This document shows positions 36,611 to 46,097 of a stretch of DNA of 64,000 bases, piece by piece. The translations under genes and the position numbers were made by a program. Source of the DNA: Phycisphaerales bacterium (GTDB taxonomy: Bacteria; Planctomycetota; Phycisphaerae; UBA1845; Fen-1342). Numbering within the stretch: the stretch's first letter is position 1; every line of letters begins with the position of its first letter. Where the stretch lies: NCBI GenBank assembly GCA_016716475.1, contig JADJWG010000004.1, positions 852,725 to 916,724 on the forward strand, written 5' to 3'. The notes beneath the pieces are model-generated. The model was not told where the DNA came from and did no database searches. It worked only from the letters and a program-made list of their open reading frames with translations.

Positions 36611-36793
36611 CGGAGTGCGCAGCGCTTCTCGGCCGGTTGTCCGCTTGGCGCCACGTTCGGATCGCTGCACTCGAAGTTGAGGGCGCTGCGTGCCAGGGCC
36701 GCCAGCACAGGGAGGGGCGCGGCCGTTCCACTCTTTCTCCCGAATTGGAAGTGCAACAGGCCGGGCTTCGGCTATCCTTAGGGCGGAGAGGGC

Positions 36794-37054
36794 GTGTCCA
36801 TGTTGCGGCTCTTCGCGTTTCCAACCATCTTCGTCGTCCTGTTCACGCTCGGTCTGCTGCTGATCGTGGTGGGCCTGATGTTGGGACGTGGTCGGTGCGT
36901 TCGCCGGCCGATGTTGCCGGTAGCGCCGCGGCCCGCGGAGCGCGTCTGTCCGGCATGCAGGCATGTGAACGTGGAAGCGGCGCGGTTTTGCGGCCACTGT
37001 GGGCATGGCCTTGTGGTGGATGATTCCTCGACTGACTCACGAAAAGGAGATTGA
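36794..37054 (+). CDS. Small membrane protein with C-terminal zinc ribbon (CPAC...CGHC)
   Basis: RBS GGAGAGGG. One TM helix. Stop overlaps the start region of the next gene. Confidence 0.5.
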   Translation: MSMLRLFAFPTIFVVLFTLGLLLIVVGLMLGRGRCVRRPMLPVAPRPAERVCPACRHVNVEAARFCGHCGHGLVVDDSSTDSRKGD

Positions 37055-37056
37055 AT

Positions 37057-38727
37057 ATGGCGTCCCCTCCTTCCTACGACGACCGCCCGCCACGGCGTCC
37101 GCAGGTGCATCAGCCGCCGCCGTTCCGGATCAGTCCCCTCTGGCTGGGGGTCCTGGTGCTGCCGATTCTCGCGGTGCTGGGTGTAAGCTACTGGTGGTTT
37201 GGCATGCGCATCGAAGTGCCGCCGAATCATGTCCTGGTGCTTACCCGCAACATCGGCGAGAACATCGAGACGAGAATCGAGTCCGCCGAGGGCGAGGGCC
37301 CGCAGGGCGCTGCCTCGTTCGTTGGCGGACCGACCACCCAGCTCGTGCTGTACCCGGGGCTGCTCGCGGCGCTTGGCGAGGCGCCGGGTTCGGCGCGGTT
37401 CAAGGGTGTGCAATACGAGGTGCTGGAGGAAGGGCGCCACTTCCGCGATCCGTTTCTTTGGCGGCGCGAGATTCGACCGGCCGTCATCATCGAACAGGGT
37501 GAAGTCGGCGTGAAAGTGCGGCGCTACGGGCGTCCGCTGCCGGTGGGCAAGGTTGTGGCGACCGAGCCGGATGAGCGTGGGCCACTGGCCGAGGTTCTCA
37601 TGCCGGGCCGCTACAATCTGAACCCATACGCGTACCAAATCGTGCGCGTAGCCCCGATCACGGTACCACTCGGTTACGTGGGCGTGCAGACGCTCTACCA
37701 CGGCGCCGACCCGGTGTCGCCGAACCAGTTCGTGGTGAACACCGGAGAGCGCGGCGTCCAACCGGATGTGCTCCCGCCCGGTCTGTATTACAACAATCCT
37801 TACGTCCGCCGGATCGATCTGGTCGATGTGCGCAGTCACACGCTGGACCTGCGCGGTAACGACGCGATCCGTTTTCCATCGTCGGACAGCTTCGACATCA
37901 TCATCGAGACGACCGTCGAATATGCCATCAGCCAGGACCGCGCGGCCTACGTGACTGTCGCGATCGGTACACACGAGGACATCGAGGAGAAGCTGATCCT
38001 ACCGCATGCCCGCTCGCTCTCGCGCATCGAGGGCTCCAAGCTGCTGGCCAAGCAGTTCATCTCGGGTGAGTCGCGGCTGGTCTTCCAGGACGCTTTCTTC
38101 GAGGGTTTGCGCGACCAGTGCAACAAGCAGGGGATTGAGATTCGTGCCACGCTGATCCGGCGCATCGAGCCCCCGGCGGAAATCGCCAACCCCATCAGTG
38201 ACCGGCAGATCGCCGAACAACAGATCGCCCAGTACGGCAAGGAGATCGAGGCGGCCGAATCGCAGGCCCGGTTGGTCGAGCAGACGGAGCTCCAGAAGCA
38301 GAACCAGGCGCTCGGTGCGGCCAATCGCGATGTCGTTACGATGATCGTCGATGCGCAGCAGCGCAAAGCCGTTGCCCTGACCGAGGCCAACAAGCGGCTC
38401 GAGGTGGCGCGCCTGCGGCTCGCGGCGGCGGAGGAACAGGCCACCGCGACGCTCGCACGCGGCCGCGCTGCGGCGGAAATTGTGCTGCTGCAATACCAGG
38501 CCGAGGCGGAACCGCTGCGCTCGGCGGTCGCGGCTTTCGGGGGTGGCCATACGTACGCGCAGTATTTCTTCTACGAGAAGTTGGCGCCAGCTCTCAAGTC
38601 GGTCCTGGCCAGTACGGACGGTCCGTTTGCCGATGTGTTCCGGGCCTTGGGGGATGTTTCTCCCGGGGCGACGCCGGTCCCGCGGCTCGAGCCCGCGGCC
38701 GCAGTGATGACGGGAGGTGCTGAATGA
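37057..38727 (+). CDS. SPFH/band-7 protein, HflK-like, with N-terminal TM and long pre-SPFH extension
   Basis: TM LWLGVLVLPILAVLGVSYWWF. C-terminal region resembles HflK/C. Paralogous to the next gene: PGRYNLNPYAY vs PGTYRLNPYVY; LPPGLYYNNPYV vs LQPGIYYLNPRV. Confidence 0.7.
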   Translation: MASPPSYDDRPPRRPQVHQPPPFRISPLWLGVLVLPILAVLGVSYWWFGMRIEVPPNHVLVLTRNIGENIETRIESAEGEGPQGAASFVGGPTTQLVLYPGLLAALGEAPGSARFKGVQYEVLEEGRHFRDPFLWRREIRPAVIIEQGEVGVKVRRYGRPLPVGKVVATEPDERGPLAEVLMPGRYNLNPYAYQIVRVAPITVPLGYVGVQTLYHGADPVSPNQFVVNTGERGVQPDVLPPGLYYNNPYVRRIDLVDVRSHTLDLRGNDAIRFPSSDSFDIIIETTVEYAISQDRAAYVTVAIGTHEDIEEKLILPHARSLSRIEGSKLLAKQFISGESRLVFQDAFFEGLRDQCNKQGIEIRATLIRRIEPPAEIANPISDRQIAEQQIAQYGKEIEAAESQARLVEQTELQKQNQALGAANRDVVTMIVDAQQRKAVALTEANKRLEVARLRLAAAEEQATATLARGRAAAEIVLLQYQAEAEPLRSAVAAFGGGHTYAQYFFYEKLAPALKSVLASTDGPFADVFRALGDVSPGATPVPRLEPAAAVMTGGAE

Positions 38728-40376
38728 TGCGCATCCTCAGCAGTGTGCTCGGGGCGGTGATCGTGGTGTCTGCGCTGCTGCTCGCCTTCCTGTGGTCACA
38801 GTGCCACGTCTACGTGGGACCGGACCAGGCCCTCGTATTGACCCGCAAGAGCGGTGCTCCGCTACCCCCGGGGCAGTTGATCGCTGAACGGGGGGAACGC
38901 GGGATTCAACGCGAGGTGCGTGGGCCGGGAAGGCACTTCTTCCTGCCGTGGAACTGGGAGTGGGAGCACGTGCCGGTGATTCACATTCCGGCCGGCACCC
39001 CGGCGACCTGGCGTGAGGTCTGGCACCGCGGGACGCCCGATCACGGCGTGCCGCAGATGACGGGGGAGTGGCCGCAGGTCGGGATCGTGACCACGCTGGT
39101 CGGCAAACAGTGGGATGAACCATCGGAAGTCGTGGCCCCCGGCTACCGCGGGATTCAGCGCCGGGTGTTGACACCGGGCACGTACCGTCTCAACCCGTAC
39201 GTGTACGAGGTGGAGACGGTCCCGGCCGTGGTGGTCCCCCTGGGCTGCGTGGGAGTGGTGACGTCGCAACTCGGCGAGATGCCCGGCAGCGAGGAGATCG
39301 AGGAGGTTGTGATCGGTCCGGACGGCGAACAGTTGCGCAAGGAACGGCGGTTTGTGCAGCGGCTCGCGCAGGAGGGACAGCGTGGTGTTCTCGAGTACGT
39401 CTTGCAGCCCGGCATCTATTACCTCAACCCGCGGGTCTACAAAGTCGACATCGTGCAGATCGGATACAACCAGATCACACAGTTGCGCACCGAGGACACG
39501 ACCACCAACATCGACTTCCCTTCAGAGGACGGTTTCACGATCGGAGTCGAGGTGACCGTCGTCTGGGGTCGCCAGCCGAAGTACACGCCCGGCATGATCA
39601 GCCGGCTTGGTGACGTCGAGCGGATCCGCGAGATCATTCTCGGCCAGATGCGCAGCATCTGCCGCAGCGTGGGATCGCGCTACAAGAGCACCGACTTCAT
39701 CCAGGGTATCAAGCGCGAGCAGTACCAGCAGACTGTGACCGAAACACTGCAGCAGGTCCTGCGGGAGCGCAACATTGAGATCCTCATTGCGCTGATCCAG
39801 AACATCGAGGTGCGCGGCGGTTCGGTGCCGGGCGCAGAAGGACTCGACCTCAAGAAGACGATCCAGCGCGGCTTCATTGCCGCCGAGGAGAATCTCACCA
39901 AGCAGGCCCAGCGCGAGACGGCGTCCGTGCGAGCCGAGCTGGAAACCGCCAAGGCCGACGTCGAGGTCGCCCGCGAGCAGATCAGCGCGGAGACGCGCAA
40001 GAAGGTTGCGGAGCTGATGGCCGAAGCGCGCAAGAAGTCGGAGGAAATCGATGCGCAGCGCGATTTCGAGGTCGCCCAGATTGAGCGCCAGATCGCCGAG
40101 ATCGAGGCCGAGATGGCGCTCGTGCTCGGCCGGGCCGACACGGACGTCGAGCGGCTGAAGAACCAGGCCGACGCCGACGGCAAACGGCTGATGATTCAGG
40201 CCTTCGGCGACGGTCGCGCGTACAACCTCTACCAGTTCGCGCAGAACTTCGCGCCCGAGAGCGTGCGGCTCATCTTTGCGGGTGAGGGTACGTTCTGGAC
40301 CGACCTGACACGGATGCAGGATGCCGCTGCCGCGGAACTGCTGCGGGCGCGTCCCGTGCCCGAAGGCGGGCGCTAA
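38724..40376 (+). CDS. SPFH/band-7 protein, HflC-like paralog
   Basis: Start overlaps the upstream stop (ATGA). TM ILSSVLGAVIVVSALLLAFLW. Same architecture as the upstream gene. Confidence 0.7.
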   Translation: MMRILSSVLGAVIVVSALLLAFLWSQCHVYVGPDQALVLTRKSGAPLPPGQLIAERGERGIQREVRGPGRHFFLPWNWEWEHVPVIHIPAGTPATWREVWHRGTPDHGVPQMTGEWPQVGIVTTLVGKQWDEPSEVVAPGYRGIQRRVLTPGTYRLNPYVYEVETVPAVVVPLGCVGVVTSQLGEMPGSEEIEEVVIGPDGEQLRKERRFVQRLAQEGQRGVLEYVLQPGIYYLNPRVYKVDIVQIGYNQITQLRTEDTTTNIDFPSEDGFTIGVEVTVVWGRQPKYTPGMISRLGDVERIREIILGQMRSICRSVGSRYKSTDFIQGIKREQYQQTVTETLQQVLRERNIEILIALIQNIEVRGGSVPGAEGLDLKKTIQRGFIAAEENLTKQAQRETASVRAELETAKADVEVAREQISAETRKKVAELMAEARKKSEEIDAQRDFEVAQIERQIAEIEAEMALVLGRADTDVERLKNQADADGKRLMIQAFGDGRAYNLYQFAQNFAPESVRLIFAGEGTFWTDLTRMQDAAAAELLRARPVPEGGR

Positions 40377-40408
40377 GGCCGGAAGCGGGTGCCTGGGTGC
40401 CCATTTGC

Positions 40409-40445
40409 CGCGGGTGGCTGCGCTGTTGGGGTGCAGCCACCCGCG
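40409..40445. terminator. Perfect 13-bp GC-rich hairpin between convergent genes (terminator-like; no clear U-tract)
   Basis: cgcgggtggctgc-gctgttggggt-gcagccacccgcg. Confidence 0.4.
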
Positions 40446-40462
40446 CTGCGTTCGGGCTGGCG

Positions 40463-41656
40463 CTACGCGTGCCGGGCCGCGGGGAACTTCTCCGCCACGC
40501 GCCGGATCGCCGTGAGCGCAAAGTCGATGTCGGCGAAATCGTGGCCGGCACTGATCTGACAGCGCAGCCGGGCTTCGCCGCGCGGCACCACGGGAAAGCC
40601 AAAGCCGCTCACGAAAACGCCCTCGTTGAGGAGCGCCTGCTGCATCTGAATAGCGGTCGGGGTTTCGCCGACGATGATCGGCACGATCGGGGTGATCCCG
40701 GGAATCGAGTGGAGTCCCAGTTCGGCGATGCCCGCACGGAAGCGCTGGGTGTTGGCGCGCAGCCGATCCAGTCGCTGGGGCTCGGCGCGCAGCACTTCGA
40801 TGGCAGCCATGGCGCCGTAGCACACGGCCGGCGGCAGTGCATTGCTGAAGAGTTGCGGGCGGGATTTCTGCACGAGGTAATCGCAGATGACCTTGGAGCC
40901 GGCCACATAACCGCCGCACGATCCGCCCAGCGCCTTGCCCAGCGTGCTCGTCTGCACGGTGTTGTGATCAATGACGCCGAAGTGCTCGGCCGTGCCGCGT
41001 CCGGTGGCGCCGAGAACGCCGGTGGCGTGCGATTCATCCACCACGAGCACCGCGTCATGGGCGTTCGCGAGCTCCTTGAGGCGTGGCAGGTCGGCGACGT
41101 CGCCCTCCATGCTGAACACACCGTCGGTGATGATGACACGGTTGCGGGCTTGGGCCCCCTTGAGCATGGTCTCGAGTTCGGCGAGATCGCCGTGCTTGTA
41201 GATGAATCGCTGCGCCTTGCTCAGGCGAATGGCGTCGATGATCGAGGCGTGATTCAGGGCATCGGTAAAAATCGCATCTTCCGCCGAGGATGCCAGGGTG
41301 GGCATGAGGCCCACGTTGGCATCCCAGCAACTGATGAACGTAGTCGCGGCTTCGCAGCCGATGAAGTCGCAGATCTTGCGTTCGAGTTCGAGATGGCAGG
41401 TCATCGTCCCGCAGATGAAGCGGACCGAGGCCGTGCCCAGGCCGAACTTGTCGAGAGCTTCGTGGGCTGCGGCGACCACGCGCGGATGATCCGCGAGGCC
41501 GAGGTAATTGTTGGACGAGAGCATGACGATGTCGCGCCCGTCCATGCGCGTGCGTGGTGCTTGCGGTTTCTGGAGCTCGTTGGCCTGCTTGTACTGCCCG
41601 CTCGCGCGCAGGGCTTGCAGTTCGCTCGCGAGGGTCCGTTCGAGGGTCGTCTGCAT
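40463..41656 (-). CDS. kbl: Glycine C-acetyltransferase / 2-amino-3-ketobutyrate CoA ligase (class II aminotransferase, AONS family)
   Basis: Alignable by eye to E. coli Kbl: NNYLGLADHP, FICGT, DALNHASIIDAIRLSKA, ITDGVFSMEG, TLGKALGG, FSNALPP. Confidence 0.8.
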   Translation of the reverse strand: MQTTLERTLASELQALRASGQYKQANELQKPQAPRTRMDGRDIVMLSSNNYLGLADHPRVVAAAHEALDKFGLGTASVRFICGTMTCHLELERKICDFIGCEAATTFISCWDANVGLMPTLASSAEDAIFTDALNHASIIDAIRLSKAQRFIYKHGDLAELETMLKGAQARNRVIITDGVFSMEGDVADLPRLKELANAHDAVLVVDESHATGVLGATGRGTAEHFGVIDHNTVQTSTLGKALGGSCGGYVAGSKVICDYLVQKSRPQLFSNALPPAVCYGAMAAIEVLRAEPQRLDRLRANTQRFRAGIAELGLHSIPGITPIVPIIVGETPTAIQMQQALLNEGVFVSGFGFPVVPRGEARLRCQISAGHDFADIDFALTAIRRVAEKFPAARHA

Positions 41657-41826
41657 CGGGTTCTCCGGCGCTGGGTACACGGCGCCCGTGCGTGCCCGGC
41701 CTTCAGAATGCTGGGAACCGGGGGCGCAGCGCACGGCAGCGCTGGATGGCATGATATCGCCGGGGCCCCTGTGTGCCACGGTAGCGCGCGGGCCGGGACC
41801 GCGCGGCTCCCCGCAGCCCGCTGGCC

Positions 41827-43728
41827 TCAGCGTGCTGGTGCCGACGCCGGCGCTGCGGCCGGCGCGGTTGTGGGCTGCGTCACCGGCGCTGCGGGTGGCA
41901 GGGGTGGCGACAGCCCTTCCCACGGCCGTAGTTCGGCCGTCGGCGGCAATACCACGACGGAAAAGAGCACCGGACCGGGTGGCACGTCTTTGGGCGCTTC
42001 GGCGGATCTCGCACCGGGCGCGCGCGCGTCGCTGGCGGAGGTCAGGAAAAGCAGATCCAGCAGACGCTGACGCAGCTCCAGTTCCGCGAGTTGACGTGTG
42101 TCGGAGGAAACGTCATCCGCAGGAGTAACGGCGGGTACCGGAGCGCGCTCTGCAACGGTTGCTGGCTGCGGTTCTGCGGCGCTGGGCACTTCATCGGTGG
42201 CGGGTTGCGTAGTGGCGGTGCCAGCGGCACGCTCGCGGGCTTGCTGTTCGGCAATGCGTAGTAGCATGTCGAGTAGCACACGCTCGAGTTCCGCCTCTTC
42301 ATCGTAGAGCTCACGCAGACGCCGATCGGGGCGGCCACGGCCAGCGGGCCTCGCTTCCGGCAGTACGGATTCTTCCCGCGGCTCAGTCTGCTCCCGCCTG
42401 GGCGCCGGGGCGGCAACCGCGTTGCCCCGCATGCCCCCCCCGGCGGCGGGCCCCGTGGCGGCACGATCACGAGAAGTACCCGTTGGCGGGTGCGGTCGTG
42501 ACGCGGTGGGGGGGGGCGTGGTTGCCGGCCGCCCCGTCCTCTCCGTGGCTTTGGGGGTGGGATCTTCCACCTCCTGCGGTTGCATCCGAGCTCGCAGGCG
42601 CTCCAGTTCAAGCACCAGGCCAGATCGGAGCTGGTCCGGGTCGAGCTGCGCGAGGCGCTCGGTTGCGGCGGCACGGTTGACGGCTGCGGCAACCTGCAGC
42701 ATCACGTCGGCGTCTGCAGCGCCGAGTCGCGTCTCGAAACGGACGCGCTCGCGCGAATTGGCCGCCAGCAGGGCGGTCAGGCGGGGCGCCACATCACCGG
42801 AGGCCACTCCGTACTGCGCAGTGAGGGTCACCGCTCCCCCTGGCGGAGTGGGCGGTAAAGTGTTTGCCTCAGTAAGCCCAGAACCCCCGTCCAGATCCAG
42901 AAAGCCCCTTAGGACACCTTGGTCCATCCGCCCATTTTCCCACTTGGACAACAGTGCTGCGGTTGCCTCGTACTGTGCATGGGTTTCCGGCTGGATCACG
43001 ATGTGAATCACGGGACGGCCGGTTTCGTTCGCGACCAGGATGCCCGCAGAGTCCGACTCCACCGTGGCATCGCCACTGACTGGTCCCGCGTGTGAACCGT
43101 AGCTTTCGGTCAGCACATCCGCGACAACCTGCTCCCGCGCGAAAGATTCATCGCCACGATCGGGGAGGCGTCCCGCGGGGGGCGGCAGGGTTGCCGGCGG
43201 GAGTTCAGGGTGAATGCCGCTGCGTACCGCGGGTGTGGCCGCCACGGGGGACTCCGGTGGGGCATAACGTTCACCTTCGGAAGCCCGGCTGAGGGTCACA
43301 ATCCGGTCCGTGGAAAGGGGTTCGTGAGCCGTCACACCGGGCGGCGAAACGCTCCCCGTGAGTGCGGAAGACTGTGGGTCAGGTTGCAGGGCGAGGTAGC
43401 CGACATAGACGCAGGCGATGAGGATCGCCGCGGCCGACGAATATTGCAGGGCGATCCGCAACGTGCGGTAGCGGTGTGGAATTGCGTCCGGCAGCAGGAC
43501 GCGCCGCGCCGCCGCTGCGTGGATGCGCTCTGATAGATCGGCCGGTGCGGGGTGTCGTGGCAGGGCATGCACTGCGGCGCGCATTGCGCGCAAACCGGCC
43601 AGCAAGCCACGGGCCTCTTCGGACTCGGCCAGCCAGTGTTCGACTTCCGCCGAGCGACTGGCCTCGAGTTCTTCGTCGAGGTAGGCGGACAGGTCGGCCG
43701 CGAGTTGTTCATGCTCGCGCGCGGTCAA
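41827..43728 (-). CDS. Anti-sigma factor with single TM and very long Pro/Ala-rich extracytoplasmic region
   Basis: N-terminus LSAYLDEELEASRSAEVEHWL is an anti-sigma N-terminal helix motif. TM AAAILIACVYVGYLAL. 20-nt overlap with the sigma gene stop. Confidence 0.65.
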   Translation of the reverse strand: MTAREHEQLAADLSAYLDEELEASRSAEVEHWLAESEEARGLLAGLRAMRAAVHALPRHPAPADLSERIHAAAARRVLLPDAIPHRYRTLRIALQYSSAAAILIACVYVGYLALQPDPQSSALTGSVSPPGVTAHEPLSTDRIVTLSRASEGERYAPPESPVAATPAVRSGIHPELPPATLPPPAGRLPDRGDESFAREQVVADVLTESYGSHAGPVSGDATVESDSAGILVANETGRPVIHIVIQPETHAQYEATAALLSKWENGRMDQGVLRGFLDLDGGSGLTEANTLPPTPPGGAVTLTAQYGVASGDVAPRLTALLAANSRERVRFETRLGAADADVMLQVAAAVNRAAATERLAQLDPDQLRSGLVLELERLRARMQPQEVEDPTPKATERTGRPATTPPPTASRPHPPTGTSRDRAATGPAAGGGMRGNAVAAPAPRREQTEPREESVLPEARPAGRGRPDRRLRELYDEEAELERVLLDMLLRIAEQQARERAAGTATTQPATDEVPSAAEPQPATVAERAPVPAVTPADDVSSDTRQLAELELRQRLLDLLFLTSASDARAPGARSAEAPKDVPPGPVLFSVVVLPPTAELRPWEGLSPPLPPAAPVTQPTTAPAAAPASAPAR

Positions 43729-44302
43729 CGGTATCCCTTTCCGGGCTGAGCAACTCGCGGAGCTGGAGTCGTCCGCGGTGGATCCGGCTCTTCACCGTGC
43801 CCACCGGAACTTCCAGTACTTCGGCGATGGTTGCGTAGTCCATATCTTCGAGGTCCTTCAGGATCACCGCGGCGCGAAACTCCGCATCGAGCAGCGCCAG
43901 GGCCCCGGCCACCCGGGCTTCGGTTTCCGCCTGCTCCAGGCCACGGGAGACAGCGGTCTGCTCCTCGTCCGCGCGTGCTGCCCCGCCCGCGCCCAGCAAG
44001 GTCGCGGTGCGTCGCAGCGTCTGCCGGCGGTGAGAAAGCGTGAGGTTCATGGCGATCCGAAACAGCCAGGTATAAAAGTTCGATCGTCCTGCAAACTGGT
44101 CCAGGGCCTCCAGTGCTCGCACAAAGGCCGATTGGGTCAGGTCCTGTGCATCGGCGTGGTTGTGACACATCCGATAACACGTGTTATAGATGCGCTCCTG
44201 GTAACGCTCGACCAGCGTACCGAACGCGGCAGACAGTCCGCGTTGTGCCCGTCGCACCAGCTCGGCGTCGCTGGGTTCGTTTTCATGCGCGGATCGATTC
44301 AC
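43709..44302 (-). CDS. ECF (sigma-70 family, RpoE-like) sigma factor
   Basis: Region 2 (ERIYNTCYRMCHNHADAQDLTQSAFVRAL) and region 4 (YATIAEVLEVPVGTVKSRIHRGRLQLRELL). GTG start assumed at 44302. Confidence 0.8.
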   Translation of the reverse strand: MNRSAHENEPSDAELVRRAQRGLSAAFGTLVERYQERIYNTCYRMCHNHADAQDLTQSAFVRALEALDQFAGRSNFYTWLFRIAMNLTLSHRRQTLRRTATLLGAGGAARADEEQTAVSRGLEQAETEARVAGALALLDAEFRAAVILKDLEDMDYATIAEVLEVPVGTVKSRIHRGRLQLRELLSPERDTVDRARA

Positions 44303-44328
44303 AGCGATTTGTCTGCTGACTGCACCCG

Positions 44329-44357
44329 TTTGGACGCCACCCGGCCCGCAAAGTTCC
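44329..44357 (-). promoter_or_regulatory. ECF-type autoregulatory promoter GGAACTT-N16-TCCAAA upstream of the sigma gene
   Basis: Minus-strand read: GGAACTTtgcgggccgggtggcgTCCAAA. Ends about 26 nt before the start codon. Confidence 0.5.
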
Positions 44358-44478
44358 CGGCACCTGGCAGCGCAGGGATGGGAAAATTGCGCCGGGCCCA
44401 CCGCTGCCACGCTGACGGCGGTGCCCAGGCATGATATCCGATCCGGGTGTGCGTGTCGGGGCAGGGTTTCGGGAGCGA

Positions 44479-44949
44479 TTACAGGACTTTTTCGGCCGGA
44501 ATGCGCTCGCCGAACAACAGCTCGGCAAGCGCGCAGAGGCGTTCGCGCCGTGCGGCGTCGAGTCCGTTGCGGTTCGCGGTGCGCAGCGCGTGCTCGAAGT
44601 TGGCCGGAGTCAGGAGCAAGCTGGCTGGCTCGTTCAGGCGGCAGTGGCTCACCAGCACGCGAACATCGTCGGCCTCCGCGCGCGTGAGTTGCAGTTTGTC
44701 GAGGGCCTCGGCGAGGAAGTCGCGTGGTCGGTCAATGGGGCGACGGCGGCGCTCCGCGCGCTTTGCGATCAGACCCATGAACCAGAGCGTGCCGGCAAGT
44801 GCCAGCCCGGCGACGAACAGCCAGAACAGGTCGACCTGGGGTGGGCGTTCGTTGGTTAGTCCCTGGCGAATCGCCTGCAGGCGGCTGATGCGTTCACCGT
44901 CCACCGGCAAAGTTGCGAGCAGTGACACGGTCCATGCGGGCAGCGTCAT
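44479..44949 (-). CDS. Hypothetical membrane protein
   Basis: TM FWLFVAGLALAGTLWFMGLIA. Start overlaps the upstream gene stop (ATGA). Confidence 0.45.
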   Translation of the reverse strand: MTLPAWTVSLLATLPVDGERISRLQAIRQGLTNERPPQVDLFWLFVAGLALAGTLWFMGLIAKRAERRRRPIDRPRDFLAEALDKLQLTRAEADDVRVLVSHCRLNEPASLLLTPANFEHALRTANRNGLDAARRERLCALAELLFGERIPAEKVL

Positions 44950-46097
44950 GATGAGACTCCCGCGGTGCGGCGCCGCGTGCCCAAGGCGCGTACCTGGCGA
45001 CCGGTGACATACCAGCGTGCAAAGGTGCGGAGCGGACCGGGCATTACGGCGAGTTGTCCGAGGGTCTGGACGGCGCCATCGGTCTCGAGTTGCGCGAGGG
45101 CGTAGGCCGCGGCGCGGCGAATTTCGGGGTCATCGATCCCCAACCAGCGGCTCAGCACGACGACGCGCTCATCGTCAGTGAAACCGAGCACCGTGACCCA
45201 GCGGGGCACGAGGGCGCGGGCTTCGCGCGGCAGGTCTGCGAGCGCCGGTCCGCCGGCGAACAGCCAGCGCGGGTGTTTGAGGAGACTGAGTGTCTTGCAG
45301 ATGCCGGACTCGTCAAGCAGATAGGTGCAGGCGAGCATGGCAAGCAGATGCGTGCGGGTGCTCCAGGTCTGGAGGACATCGAGGGCGGCCTGTCGCCAAG
45401 TCGGTCGGCGCAATGCAAGCAGCAGAAAAGGGGCCAGTCGTGGATCATCCCAGGTCGGCAGGCGTTTTGTGACGACATAGGCCGCTGGTGAACGGCCCGC
45501 CTCGAGCGTCGCCCAGAGGGCTTCACCTAGCTCCGGGGCAAACCAGAGACAGGGCTCGAGCACATCGACCCGATGATGCAGGGCAAAGGTTCGCAGGGCT
45601 TCGCGCAAGGCGTCCACGATGTGAGCGCGCCGCTCCTGACTGGGCATATCCGGCAGTGGTTTCCGGCCGAAAGTAATGCCGGCCGCGATCTCATCCTCGG
45701 CGGCCAGGCGCAGTACACTTGCGGCAGCGGCATGCACCGGTTCAGCAGGCGAGCGCAACGTGTCGGCGACGAGATATGCCACCTGTGGCAACGGGTGTTC
45801 TCGCAGCAGTTCGAGCGCATTCTGCTGTGCGCGGGTGTTGCCGCGCAGGGCGAGTCCGGCGGCTTCAGCCAGAACCGGTCCGGCATCACGGACCTGCTTC
45901 TGGAGGGTCGCGGGGAGCTGGCCGTAGTTGGCGATCAGCGCGGCCCACGAGGTCGACCTGCCACGCTGCAGGAGGAGGTCGCAGAGGCGTTGCTGATAAT
46001 GGGGCTCGGCGAACTCCAGGGCCGCCCCAAGCACGCGGTCGGCAGCGCTGCTTGGTTCGATCGCCAGCCAGTCGTAGAGTGCGTCGATACGATTCAT
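44946..46097 (-). CDS. Hypothetical HEAT/PBS-lyase-like repeat protein
   Basis: Helical repeats, e.g. DDPEIRRAAAYALAQL. Confidence 0.5.
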   Translation of the reverse strand: MNRIDALYDWLAIEPSSAADRVLGAALEFAEPHYQQRLCDLLLQRGRSTSWAALIANYGQLPATLQKQVRDAGPVLAEAAGLALRGNTRAQQNALELLREHPLPQVAYLVADTLRSPAEPVHAAAASVLRLAAEDEIAAGITFGRKPLPDMPSQERRAHIVDALREALRTFALHHRVDVLEPCLWFAPELGEALWATLEAGRSPAAYVVTKRLPTWDDPRLAPFLLLALRRPTWRQAALDVLQTWSTRTHLLAMLACTYLLDESGICKTLSLLKHPRWLFAGGPALADLPREARALVPRWVTVLGFTDDERVVVLSRWLGIDDPEIRRAAAYALAQLETDGAVQTLGQLAVMPGPLRTFARWYVTGRQVRALGTRRRTAGVSS

